IMG/VR virus record: IMGVR_UViG_3300020419_000004
DNA from: a virus
Length of the DNA stretch: 64,000 bases
Reading direction: 5' to 3' (one strand)
Both the position numbers and the translations under genes were made by a program. Positions 9,723-19,036 of the stretch are shown one piece after another. Position 1 is the stretch's first letter. Each line of letters starts with the position of its first letter. The notes below the pieces were generated by a model that was not told where the DNA came from, did no database searches, and saw nothing but the letters and a program-made list of their open reading frames with translations.

Positions 9723-10274
9723 ATGGAACCAAATCTTTTTTCTCCCTCTAATCAAAATTTTCTATCACCAATAGGTTTTAAATTTATTATTGGTAGGACA
9801 CCTAACGTAGACTATTTTTGTCAGTCTGCTGCTGTACCTCAAGTAGAGATAGGTGTAAGGGAGATATCAACACCAGTCAAAGACTACTCACTACCTGGCG
9901 ATAAGATGACCTTTGGTGATCTAAACCTCAGGTTCTTAGTCAATGAAGACTTGGACAATTACTATGAAATCTACAAGTGGCTTAAGGGTCTTACTAACCC
10001 TTTACATCAAAAGAATTTTCAGAAGTACCTTGCTAGTGTAGACGAGAAGGGTAGACCTGAGGAGTTCGATAAGATGATGAGTGATGCTCGTTTACTTATT
10101 TTAAACAGCAACTACCAAAGCATCTCTACCGTAAACTTCTTTAACATCTTCCCAACATCGTTGACAACACTAGAGTTTGACTCATCAGCAACTGATGTCA
10201 ACTACCTCACGGCCGACGTTAATTTCAAGTATACTCTGTATGAGATAACGGATAAGAATAATAATAAAGTATGA
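9723..10274 (+). CDS. gp3: Tail completion and sheath stabilizer
   Basis: NFLSPIGFKF, PGDKMTFGDLNLRFLVNEDLDNY, FPTSL. Confidence 0.92.
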   Translation: MEPNLFSPSNQNFLSPIGFKFIIGRTPNVDYFCQSAAVPQVEIGVREISTPVKDYSLPGDKMTFGDLNLRFLVNEDLDNYYEIYKWLKGLTNPLHQKNFQKYLASVDEKGRPEEFDKMMSDARLLILNSNYQSISTVNFFNIFPTSLTTLEFDSSATDVNYLTADVNFKYTLYEITDKNNNKV

Positions 10275-10684
10275 ACCTAGACACTTTGAATGACATGTGG
10301 GAGAAGGACTCACAACTAAATGATGAAAAATTAGATCATGACAGTTTAGCAATCCCCAAGTTACATGCTAAATATTTAAGACTTTACAACTCCTTTAATA
10401 CCTTAAAGGATCAACAGGAGATGGAAGTCAAACGCACCTATAAGAATAGGTGGGAGTACTATACTGGCAAAGCGGAGAAACCATTTCCTTTAAAACTCAT
10501 CAAGACAGATGTCCCAATATATCTGGAAGCTGATGAAGTATACAATAAGTCCGTTCTTAAACTGAAGTACTATAACCAGATGGTTGAGGCATTGAAAGCT
10601 ATTATGCAGGCGATCAATAACCGATCCTTCTATATTAAGAATGCGATAGAGTTCGCTAAGTTCCTGAAAGGTTATGAAATCTAA
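10271..10684 (+). CDS. uvsY: Recombination mediator UvsY
   Basis: IPKLHAKY, WEYYTGKA, NRSFYIKNAIEF; precedes uvsW. Confidence 0.9.
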   Translation: MNLDTLNDMWEKDSQLNDEKLDHDSLAIPKLHAKYLRLYNSFNTLKDQQEMEVKRTYKNRWEYYTGKAEKPFPLKLIKTDVPIYLEADEVYNKSVLKLKYYNQMVEALKAIMQAINNRSFYIKNAIEFAKFLKGYEI

Positions 10685-12143
10685 TGTCTACATTCAGAAG
10701 AAGAACGAAGTATATCTTACTGTAGAGTGTGAACCTCATGTAGGTTACGAGCTAGCAGATCAGTTTACTTTCGAGGTGCCTCAAGCCAAGTTCATGTCAG
10801 CGTACAAGAAAAGGTATTGGGATGGAAAAATCAAACTATTCTCCCCAGGTACAGGCGAGATTTATGTTGGCCTTCTCCCTTACATTACTTCGTTTTGCGA
10901 AGAGAAGGGGTATGAAGTTATCCATAGGGACAACGAATTTTATGGACTTCCATCAGAAGTGGATGAATTCGTTACTCCCCAAGGAATAGGTGATTGGGTA
11001 AAGACCCTTAACCTACCACATAAGGTCAGAGACTACCAGTACAAGGGTATATACGAAGCACTACGTAACAAACGTAAGCTACTACTATCACCTACAGGCA
11101 GTGGTAAGTCTCTAATGATCTATGCTCTGTCTAGGTTCTGGGCAGCAAAGAATTTACAAACACTCATAGTAGTTCCTACGACATCTCTGGTAGAGCAGAT
11201 GTACAAAGACTTTGAGGACTATGGGTGGAATGCAAAGGAGCACTGCCATAAAGTATATGCAGGTAATGATCCTAGGTCTGACAAAGACGTGATAATTACC
11301 ACATGGCAGTCAGTATACAAGCTACCAAAAGTTTACTTTGAGAATTTTGGTGCTATAATAGGAGATGAAGCACACCTGTTTAAGGCAAAATCCTTAACCA
11401 GTATCATGAATAAGCTCTATGATTGTAAGTATCGTGTAGGGTTTACTGGTACTTTAGATGGTACTGAGACAAATCGCTTGGTACTCGAAGGTGTATTTGG
11501 TAGTGTAGATAAGATAACTAAGACAGAAACCCTTATTAAAAAGGGTCATCTCTCTGAGTTTGAAATCAAAGTACTCATCCTTAAGCATGATAAGAGGACT
11601 TTTGACACATACCAAGAGGAGATGGACTACCTCGTTGACCACCAAGGTCGCAGTAAGTTCATTCGCAACCTAGTTTGTGACCTGTCTGGTAACACTCTCG
11701 TCCTGTTCAACTACGTTGAACGGCATGGTATGCCCCTTTTTGATCTCATAAATAATAAGGTAGGAGAAGATCGCTTAGTCTTTTTAGTCCACGGTGGGGT
11801 CGATACAGAGGATAGAGAGAAGGCAAGAGGGATTGCTGAGACTACACATGATAGTATTATAGTGGCATCGTATGGGACTTTTAGCACTGGGATTAATATT
11901 CGGAACTTACATAACGTTGTCTTTGCTTCGCCATCAAAATCGAAGATCAGGAACCTCCAGTCGATCGGTAGGGTCTTGAGAAAAGGAGACCACAAGACGA
12001 AAGCAGTTCTATACGACATAGCAGATGACATCTCAACTGCCACCCAAAGAAACTACACTTTAAATCATTTAACAGAACGTGTTAAAATATATAATGAAGA
12101 AAATTTTAACTATGAATTCATTGATGTCCGAATCAGAGACTAA
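10674..12143 (+). CDS. uvsW: RNA-DNA/DNA-DNA helicase UvsW
   Basis: SPTGSGKS (Walker A), DEAH, LQSIGRVLR. Confidence 0.97.
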   Translation: MKSNVYIQKKNEVYLTVECEPHVGYELADQFTFEVPQAKFMSAYKKRYWDGKIKLFSPGTGEIYVGLLPYITSFCEEKGYEVIHRDNEFYGLPSEVDEFVTPQGIGDWVKTLNLPHKVRDYQYKGIYEALRNKRKLLLSPTGSGKSLMIYALSRFWAAKNLQTLIVVPTTSLVEQMYKDFEDYGWNAKEHCHKVYAGNDPRSDKDVIITTWQSVYKLPKVYFENFGAIIGDEAHLFKAKSLTSIMNKLYDCKYRVGFTGTLDGTETNRLVLEGVFGSVDKITKTETLIKKGHLSEFEIKVLILKHDKRTFDTYQEEMDYLVDHQGRSKFIRNLVCDLSGNTLVLFNYVERHGMPLFDLINNKVGEDRLVFLVHGGVDTEDREKARGIAETTHDSIIVASYGTFSTGINIRNLHNVVFASPSKSKIRNLQSIGRVLRKGDHKTKAVLYDIADDISTATQRNYTLNHLTERVKIYNEENFNYEFIDVRIRD

Positions 12144-12144
12144 C

Positions 12145-12525
12145 ATGGAAGAACAAAAGAAGGTCGAATTCCTCGCAGCAATCAAATTGGTATCAGGAGA
12201 AGAAATTCTTGCAGTGACTGAGCATGTACATGATGAGAATGGGGATTACATGATAGTACAAAACCCTATCGAGATCGAAGAAGTCGTCTTGACAGGGAAT
12301 AAAGCAGGTGCAAAGGTGTCGCCTTGGATGAAATTTTCACGCGAGGAGGAATTTCTCATCCCTAAGGATAAGGTAATTACCGTGGTAGAAGTTGATACAG
12401 AGGTTCAGATATTCTATGCCATGTCTCTAAGGAGACTCAATGGTGATACTATATCAGATGCTTCTGGTAGACTGTCTACTGTAGAGGAAGCTCGTATTAA
12501 ACTGGATAATATATTCAATAGCTAA
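12145..12525 (+). CDS. Conserved Sm-like hypothetical protein
   Basis: IKLVSGEEIL, PWMKFS motifs; usual uvsW-gp55 position; start moved to MEEQKK. Confidence 0.75.
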   Translation: MEEQKKVEFLAAIKLVSGEEILAVTEHVHDENGDYMIVQNPIEIEEVVLTGNKAGAKVSPWMKFSREEEFLIPKDKVITVVEVDTEVQIFYAMSLRRLNGDTISDASGRLSTVEEARIKLDNIFNS

Positions 12526-12587
12526 AGCATCCCTTGAACTCGCACACTCGTAGTGTACACAAAAATGAAACACTTGTCAAGCCCCCC

Positions 12588-12616
12588 TTGCTATTTGGGT
12601 CAAAATGGTATACAAT
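12588..12616 (+). promoter_or_regulatory. Sigma70-type promoter
   Basis: TTGCTA-17 nt-TACAAT upstream of the gp55 RBS (AAGGAG). Confidence 0.7.
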
Positions 12617-12637
12617 GTATACATAAGGAGATATAAT

Positions 12638-13111
12638 ATGGCCGTCAGAAGGAAGGTACAGAGTGAGCATTACGTAAACAATAAAGAGTTCCTTGAAGCA
12701 CTCATTGTTTTTAAGGACAAGTGTGCTGTTGCAAAGGAGAAGGGCGAACAGCGTCCTCAAATCAGCAACTACATTGGAGGATGTTTTTTAAAGATCGCTA
12801 CACACCTATCATACAAACCAAACTTTGTCAACTACATGTTCCGTGAGGACATGATCTGTGATGGCATTGAAAACTGTGTACAATACATAGAGAACTTTAA
12901 TCCAGAGAAATCTAAGAACCCCTTTGCTTACTTCACTCAGATCATTTACTATGCCTTCCTAAGACGCATACAGAAAGAGAAGAGACAGTTGGAGATAAAG
13001 AACAAGATACTAACTAAGTCAGGATACGATCAGGTCTTCCATACGGATGACAAGACAGCACATTCAGACTATAATACCATTAAGGAGAACGTAGAAATAA
13101 GAATTAAGTGA
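12638..13111 (+). CDS. gp55: Late-transcription sigma factor
   Basis: HYVNNKEF, NFVNYMFREDMICDG, NPFAYFTQI. Confidence 0.97.
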   Translation: MAVRRKVQSEHYVNNKEFLEALIVFKDKCAVAKEKGEQRPQISNYIGGCFLKIATHLSYKPNFVNYMFREDMICDGIENCVQYIENFNPEKSKNPFAYFTQIIYYAFLRRIQKEKRQLEIKNKILTKSGYDQVFHTDDKTAHSDYNTIKENVEIRIK

Positions 13112-13761
13112 CATATCCAATTGTAATTGTTGATGATTTCTTTGAGGATCCTGATGCCATTGTAGCAATGGCTAATGAACTAAAGTACTATCCACCTGAC
13201 CGTGGTAACTGGCCAGGTGAAAGAACTAAGCTCCTTCACCTAGTGAACGAGAGGTTTTTTAATTACTTCGGTGAGAAGTTACATCTCCTTTTCTACGAGA
13301 ACGTACCTGAGTACTGGAATATGCAACTGCATTTTCAGAAGATACAACCATTTTCAGAAGACCAGTACAGTCCACTTAATAGAGGATGGGTTCATCAAGA
13401 CATTGATACACACTACGGTGGTATAGTATACTTGACAAAAGATCCTGATCCAGACACAGGAACGTCACTTTATAAAGCAAAGAATGGGTATGGATGGCAA
13501 TACCCTAAAGAAATTAAGATGAAGGAAGCTCACTATAGAGGTGAGGATATAGATGTGGAAGAATATAAAGCAGCATGGGAGAATGCACATCAACAGTACG
13601 AGGAGTCTGTGATGGTAACGAATGTTTATAATAGATTTGTCCTGTTCAATAACAAGACCCACCATGGTGTTAAGACATTTGGCACTAAGGAACGTCTAAC
13701 TTTAAACTTTTTTGGTATGGGGATGACAGGTAAGATCCCACCACTACAGAGGTCGAGATGA
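13108..13761 (+). CDS. 2OG-Fe(II) oxygenase-like protein (DUF6445-type)
   Basis: IVDDFFEDPD N-terminus, WVHQD (HxD), THHGV, ERLTLNFF. Confidence 0.8.
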   Translation: MTYPIVIVDDFFEDPDAIVAMANELKYYPPDRGNWPGERTKLLHLVNERFFNYFGEKLHLLFYENVPEYWNMQLHFQKIQPFSEDQYSPLNRGWVHQDIDTHYGGIVYLTKDPDPDTGTSLYKAKNGYGWQYPKEIKMKEAHYRGEDIDVEEYKAAWENAHQQYEESVMVTNVYNRFVLFNNKTHHGVKTFGTKERLTLNFFGMGMTGKIPPLQRSR

Positions 13762-14846
13762 GATATCCAGGATTAATAACAGGTCCCCAAAAAAACGTGG
13801 GCGAGCAAGAGTATGGTTGGGACTATGGAAGAATGTCCATAGATGGTAAGAAGTCCATAGACCCTATGTTAAATCTTGGTTGCTATACATTAGGGTATGG
13901 TCGTATGGAGATCATGAACTATGTGCATAATAATATGTGCATTAAACCAGAGGTAGCTGAGAACTTCTTTGATGCTCAACCTATTAAGTTGAACAATGCT
14001 ACATGGAAACTAGCAAAGATGCTCAAGGGTATTACAGGATATAGAAGTATATTCTCCTTGAGTGGTAGTGACGCAATGGAAGGAGCAGTCAAACTTGCTA
14101 GTGCATATCAGAAGCAAATAGGTCAACCTCAACGTAATGGTATAGTTACATTTAAAGATAGTTACCATGGATCAACTCTGCTCACTCAGAGTATGGGTGA
14201 TAGTATGTTAAATGATCCATATACCATGAAACCATATCAGCATATACTAAGACTACCAGTTGACTTCTATGTGGATCATTACAACTGGGATAATGTTATG
14301 TGTGTAGTGGTAGAGAGTTGTCCCTATGCCAATGGCATCAAACCTCATAGTGAAAGGTTCTGGAATAATATCTTACAGATACAGAAGAAGGGTGTTGTAC
14401 TAATAGTAGATGACATCATGACAGGAGGAGGGAAGACAGGTAACTTTGTGGGATGGAAGAAACTCCCAATTGAACCTGACATCTTCACAATGGGTAAAGC
14501 AATCACAGGAGGATACTTCCCATTAAGTATTGCATTATATAATGACACGATACATGACGCACTACCTAGAAGGTTTGAGTGGGAGCATGGATTTACTTAC
14601 AGTTTCAGTTTACCAGGTATCTTAAGTTGTCTTGCATACATTAAAATCTTAGAAGATGAACTCCTTATGAAGAAGCATAGAGACATAGTAGTAAGGGCGG
14701 TTGACCTATTCCAAAACTTAGGGTATACTGTGAAAGGACAGTTTGGAACCATAATTGAGATTGAACGTGAACACAGAGGAATGTATACCATTCCCATTGA
14801 TGCAACTGAAGAGTACTACGATGTACTGGAGCAACAACTAAAGTGA
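13758..14846 (+). CDS. Class III PLP-dependent aminotransferase
   Basis: SGSDAME, YHGST, IVDDIMTGGGKTG, DIFTMGKAITGG (PLP lysine). Confidence 0.9.
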   Translation: MRYPGLITGPQKNVGEQEYGWDYGRMSIDGKKSIDPMLNLGCYTLGYGRMEIMNYVHNNMCIKPEVAENFFDAQPIKLNNATWKLAKMLKGITGYRSIFSLSGSDAMEGAVKLASAYQKQIGQPQRNGIVTFKDSYHGSTLLTQSMGDSMLNDPYTMKPYQHILRLPVDFYVDHYNWDNVMCVVVESCPYANGIKPHSERFWNNILQIQKKGVVLIVDDIMTGGGKTGNFVGWKKLPIEPDIFTMGKAITGGYFPLSIALYNDTIHDALPRRFEWEHGFTYSFSLPGILSCLAYIKILEDELLMKKHRDIVVRAVDLFQNLGYTVKGQFGTIIEIEREHRGMYTIPIDATEEYYDVLEQQLK

Positions 14847-15889
14847 AGATTGCTATAATAACAGATCAGCACTTCGGTGCAAGGAAGTCTAGTCGAATAT
14901 TTCATGACTTCTTTAAAAAATTCTATAGAAATGTATTCTTTCCTACCCTAAAAAAACGTGGCATCGACACGGTTCTAGACCTAGGAGATACATTTGATAA
15001 CCGTAGGAACTTAGATATATGGGCAGCACAGTGGGCAACCCATAATTATTTTGATGTACTAAAGGACATGGGAGTACAAGTTCATGCCTTAGTAGGAAAC
15101 CACACAGCATATTTTAAGAATACTAATCTAGTAAACACTCTCGTAACTACAGTTGGAGAGTATGATAACGTAACAATATACAGTAAAGCAACTGAGGTAG
15201 AGATAGGTGGACTACCTATTCTATTCATACCTTGGATCAATGAAGAGAATCATGATGAGACATATGATCTAATAGCAAAGAGTAAGTGTCCAGTAGCAAT
15301 GGGACACCTAGAACTCAATGGATTTGAAGCACACAGAGGTTACATCATGGATCATGGTGCTGCTACTTCTCCCTATAGAAAATTTGAAAAGGTATTCTCA
15401 GGTCACTATCACCAAAGAAGCACCAGAGAAAACATAACATACCTAGGTAATCCATACCAGATCTATTGGAATGACTACAATTGTAAACGTGGTTTCCATA
15501 TATTTGATACTGAAACTAAAGAATTGGAGTTTATACCGAACCCTTATAGCGTCTATCAGAAAATATACTACAATGAAGATCAGTTAAATAGTAGCAAGTT
15601 TAAGTATACAGATTACACAGAAAATTTTGTCAAGATCATTGTAGAAAAGAAAAAGGACACAGATAAATTTGAGTTCTTCATCAGTCAACTATATGCTGCT
15701 GGTGTACATGAGATCAAAGTCATCGAGGATCCATCCTTTGAGCAAGATCTAAGTGAAGAGATTGATATTGAAAAGGAAGATACCCTTACTATCCTTGACA
15801 AATATGTTGATGAGATAGAGTATAAAGACAAACCTGCACTTAAATCCATTCTTAAAACCTTATATGTGGAAGCACTGGAGATCGTTTGA
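14843..15889 (+). CDS. gp47: Recombination endonuclease subunit (Mre11-like)
   Basis: ITDQHFG, LGDTFD, VGNH, SGHYH. Confidence 0.97.
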   Translation: MKIAIITDQHFGARKSSRIFHDFFKKFYRNVFFPTLKKRGIDTVLDLGDTFDNRRNLDIWAAQWATHNYFDVLKDMGVQVHALVGNHTAYFKNTNLVNTLVTTVGEYDNVTIYSKATEVEIGGLPILFIPWINEENHDETYDLIAKSKCPVAMGHLELNGFEAHRGYIMDHGAATSPYRKFEKVFSGHYHQRSTRENITYLGNPYQIYWNDYNCKRGFHIFDTETKELEFIPNPYSVYQKIYYNEDQLNSSKFKYTDYTENFVKIIVEKKKDTDKFEFFISQLYAAGVHEIKVIEDPSFEQDLSEEIDIEKEDTLTILDKYVDEIEYKDKPALKSILKTLYVEALEIV

Positions 15890-16143
15890 TGTATATTCTA
15901 GCAGTGACAGGCAAAGAAAAGGAAGGTGCCTACTCTGTTAAAGGTGAAAGTAACCAATTAGTTTACATGTTCCTTGACAAAGACGACGCAGTACGCTATG
16001 CTGGACTTCTGGAAGCTGATAACTTTCCAGATATGTCAGTGGTAGAGGTGGATGATCGTGAGATTATTCAAGCTTGTGTCACTAGCGGTCATGAATATTA
16101 TGTTGTCACTCCTGATGATATAGTAGTACCCCCTAGGGAATAA
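15886..16143 (+). CDS. Conserved cyanophage hypothetical between gp47 and gp46
   Basis: EGAYSV, DDAVRYAGLL, YYVVTPDDIVVPP. Confidence 0.75.
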   Translation: MMYILAVTGKEKEGAYSVKGESNQLVYMFLDKDDAVRYAGLLEADNFPDMSVVEVDDREIIQACVTSGHEYYVVTPDDIVVPPRE

Positions 16144-16152
16144 TTTGTCTAA

Positions 16153-17868
16153 ATGATTTTGTTTAAGTCTGTACGTTGGAAGAACTTTCTTTCAACTGGT
16201 AATGTTTATAGTGAAATAAGACTTGATGCAAGTCCTGCTACTCTGATAGTTGGATCAAACGGTGCAGGTAAATCCACATTCTTGGATGCTATCTGTTTTG
16301 GTTTATTCAACAAACCTTTTCGTAAGATAACCAAAACGCAACTGGTTAACGCAGTCAACGAAAAGGATCTGCTCGTCGAGATAGAATTTAGTATTGGTTC
16401 TCGTGACTATATGATACGTCGTGGATTTAAACCTACGGTGTTTGAAATCTATCTCAATGGTAAAATGCTTTCACAAGAAGCAGCGATGAACGAGCAGCAA
16501 AAGCATCTGGAGCAGAGTATACTGAGGTTGAATTATAAATCATTTACTCAGGTGGTGATCTTAGGATCATCTTGCTTTGTTCCTTTCATGCAACTTACAC
16601 CCCCCAACCGTAGAGAGGTTATTGAAGATCTCCTAGATATTCGTATCTTCTCTACTATGAATTCTTTACTGAGGGAGAAGGCAAAAGTTGTAAGAGAATC
16701 ACTTAGAGAATGTGAGTACAAAGTTGACCTTGCTAAGAACAAGGTTGAGATGCAACAAAACCTTATTGCTAATTTACAGGAGCAATCAAATGCAAATACC
16801 TCCAGACGAAAAGGAGAGATCAAAGATCTTGAAGGAGAAATCTCTAGCACAAATGATGCAGTTACAAAGGGATTGGGAGAACTCTCGTCTAAAGAAAAAA
16901 GCTTAGAAGCATATGGTGATCTAGATAAGGAGCAAACAGAACTCCTTGTATTCCAAGACAGATTTAAAACTAAGAAGAAAGCTTTTGATAAAGAGTATAA
17001 GTTCTTTGATAAGAATGATACCTGTCCTACATGTCGCCAAGCAATTACAGAAGAATTAAAACACGACAAGAAGAAAGTTATAAACGTTTCTCTAAAAGAA
17101 TTAGATGATGCATCCGTAGCACTTCAACAGAAACTGGACATCATACTAGAGAAGGTCAGTGAAAGAAATATTGTAATGAATGAACTCAGAGAAATCAATG
17201 AGAGAATTAGTAGTTGCAATAAAGAAATACAATGGAAGAAGAAACAGATAAAACAAATAGAAGATAAAATTGACACAGGTGCATCTGGTAGTCTTAAGAA
17301 AGAGAAAGAAAGATTAAAAGAAATTGCTGCTGATGGTATGAAGGTAGGGGAATCCCTACTTGACACTAAGAAACAAAGAGATGACTACGATGTCGTTTCT
17401 AATATGCTCAGGGATAGTGGTATCAAATCAGTCATCATCAAGAAGTATCTCCCAGTCATGAACCAGTTGGTCAACAGGTATCTTAAAGAATTAGATTTCT
17501 ACGTATCATTTGATCTCAATGAAAACTTTGAGGAGACTATCAAGTCAAGGTTTAGAGATGAGTTTACTTACTCTTCTTTTTCTGAAGGGGAGAAGATGAG
17601 GATTGACCTTGCTCTACTATTCACTTGGAGAACTATTGCCAAGATGAAGAACAGTGCTAATACTAATCTGCTGATCTTAGATGAGATCTTTGACAGTAGT
17701 TTAGATACATCAGGTACAGATGATTTTCTCAAGATACTACATACTGTATCCGACAGTACTAATGTCTTTGTGATCTCTCATAAAACAGAATCATTACAAG
17801 ACAGATTTGCAGCAACTCTAAAGGTTGAGAAGAAACAAAACTTCTCAGTAATTTCAAAGGAAGAATAA
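16153..17868 (+). CDS. gp46: Recombination ATPase subunit (Rad50/SbcC-like)
   Basis: GSNGAGKS, CPTC hook, FSEGE, LLILDE. Confidence 0.97.
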   Translation: MILFKSVRWKNFLSTGNVYSEIRLDASPATLIVGSNGAGKSTFLDAICFGLFNKPFRKITKTQLVNAVNEKDLLVEIEFSIGSRDYMIRRGFKPTVFEIYLNGKMLSQEAAMNEQQKHLEQSILRLNYKSFTQVVILGSSCFVPFMQLTPPNRREVIEDLLDIRIFSTMNSLLREKAKVVRESLRECEYKVDLAKNKVEMQQNLIANLQEQSNANTSRRKGEIKDLEGEISSTNDAVTKGLGELSSKEKSLEAYGDLDKEQTELLVFQDRFKTKKKAFDKEYKFFDKNDTCPTCRQAITEELKHDKKKVINVSLKELDDASVALQQKLDIILEKVSERNIVMNELREINERISSCNKEIQWKKKQIKQIEDKIDTGASGSLKKEKERLKEIAADGMKVGESLLDTKKQRDDYDVVSNMLRDSGIKSVIIKKYLPVMNQLVNRYLKELDFYVSFDLNENFEETIKSRFRDEFTYSSFSEGEKMRIDLALLFTWRTIAKMKNSANTNLLILDEIFDSSLDTSGTDDFLKILHTVSDSTNVFVISHKTESLQDRFAATLKVEKKQNFSVISKEE

Positions 17869-17869
17869 C

Positions 17870-18298
17870 ATGACAGTTTACAACGACGTTCCTCATGGAG
17901 GAAAACACGTAATGACATCATCAGGTGCGGTGCCTGGTAAAGATATCACATCCGAATCTGAAACAGCACAGACAACAGGTACAGATGTACCCGAAGATCA
18001 ACAGCATTTATTTGAGTCAGGTCTAGGGGATAATCCATCCAAACCTCCAATGAACTATCAAGGAGCTCCACTTCAAAATGGGATGACTGGTCACGTTAGT
18101 TTAAATGGTGGACTTCATCCTGATACTTATGCAGAGCATGACTGGGCAAGACAGGATAGACTTGATATGATTGGTAAGATAGATGCAATCAACCATAAGT
18201 TAGATCACATCTTAGAACACTTCCATCACAATACAACATGGACTGCTAATCTAGGTGGTGGCAACCAGATTACATTTAAGAAAGATAGTGCTTGCTGA
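17870..18298 (+). CDS. Hypothetical protein
   Basis: 142-aa ORF abutting both neighbours; no recognised motif. Confidence 0.6.
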   Translation: MTVYNDVPHGGKHVMTSSGAVPGKDITSESETAQTTGTDVPEDQQHLFESGLGDNPSKPPMNYQGAPLQNGMTGHVSLNGGLHPDTYAEHDWARQDRLDMIGKIDAINHKLDHILEHFHHNTTWTANLGGGNQITFKKDSAC

Positions 18299-18866
18299 AG
18301 TATACGATAATAAATTCGATCCAAAATATCTCCATGATATCTTTGCTACCCTTCAAGGTAAGTTAAGATATAGAGCATGTAACGTTGCTAATGCAACCAC
18401 ATGGCCATACCATCAGGAAGGTAGTCATAGATTATTTGGATCTACAATCTTTGCAAGACATCATCCCAATATCATATCATATTTGGATAACGAGAATGCT
18501 CCTACCTTCTTTAAGATGTTTGAGTTTCTCTGTAGAATAAAAAATCTTGACAGCACACGTGTATATCTGAACAGGATAGATGTAAACCTCCAACACAGTG
18601 GATGTGACGGAACGTTACATATTGACAGCAATGGTCCCACAGATCGCTCTCAGCATACTATAATGGTAATGCCGAACCCGATATGGGAAAAAGAATGGGG
18701 TGGTAAATTCCAAATCTTTTCTGAGGACAGATCAGAAATGCTAGAGGAGTATGAATATGTTCCTGGTAGGATCATAGTCTTTCCATCACACTATCCACAT
18801 AGAGGACTAGGTCCCACAAAAGAGTATATGTATAGATACTCTATAGTATTTGGATTGATCCTATGA
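18288..18866 (+). CDS. 2OG-Fe(II) oxygenase
   Basis: TLHID, WEKEWGGKF, PGRIIVFPSHYPHRG, RYSIVF; GTG start inferred. Confidence 0.85.
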   Translation: MLAEVYDNKFDPKYLHDIFATLQGKLRYRACNVANATTWPYHQEGSHRLFGSTIFARHHPNIISYLDNENAPTFFKMFEFLCRIKNLDSTRVYLNRIDVNLQHSGCDGTLHIDSNGPTDRSQHTIMVMPNPIWEKEWGGKFQIFSEDRSEMLEEYEYVPGRIIVFPSHYPHRGLGPTKEYMYRYSIVFGLIL

Positions 18867-19036
18867 AGGTACCTAATTGGCAGCATCATTCCAAGAAGGA
18901 AAAGAAACGCCATCTAAAACCACAAGCATTGCGACAAGCACGTGCCAGAAGAAACCAGTTGACAAAGTGTCTACTCAACCGTCCCAAGGGGCGGTTTTTT
19001 AGTATAATTAATAGTATAGACACACAACTGACATGA
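18863..19036 (+). CDS. Small basic protein (not in ORF track)
   Basis: MKVPNWQHHSKKEKKRHLKPQALRQAR...; ATGA overlaps at both ends. Confidence 0.6.
   Translation: MKVPNWQHHSKKEKKRHLKPQALRQARARRNQLTKCLLNRPKGRFFSIINSIDTQLT
18952..19008 (+). promoter_or_regulatory. Early-gene-type regulatory element, copy 1
   Basis: AAACCAGTTGACAAAGTG + GC hairpin AACCGTCCC/GGGGCGGTT + T run + TATAAT. Confidence 0.6.

Noticed and set aside
18959-19008. Hairpin extrusion bringing TTGACA to canonical distance from the -10
   Set aside because: Gives 18 nt in copy 1 but 22 nt in copy 2, so it is inconsistent
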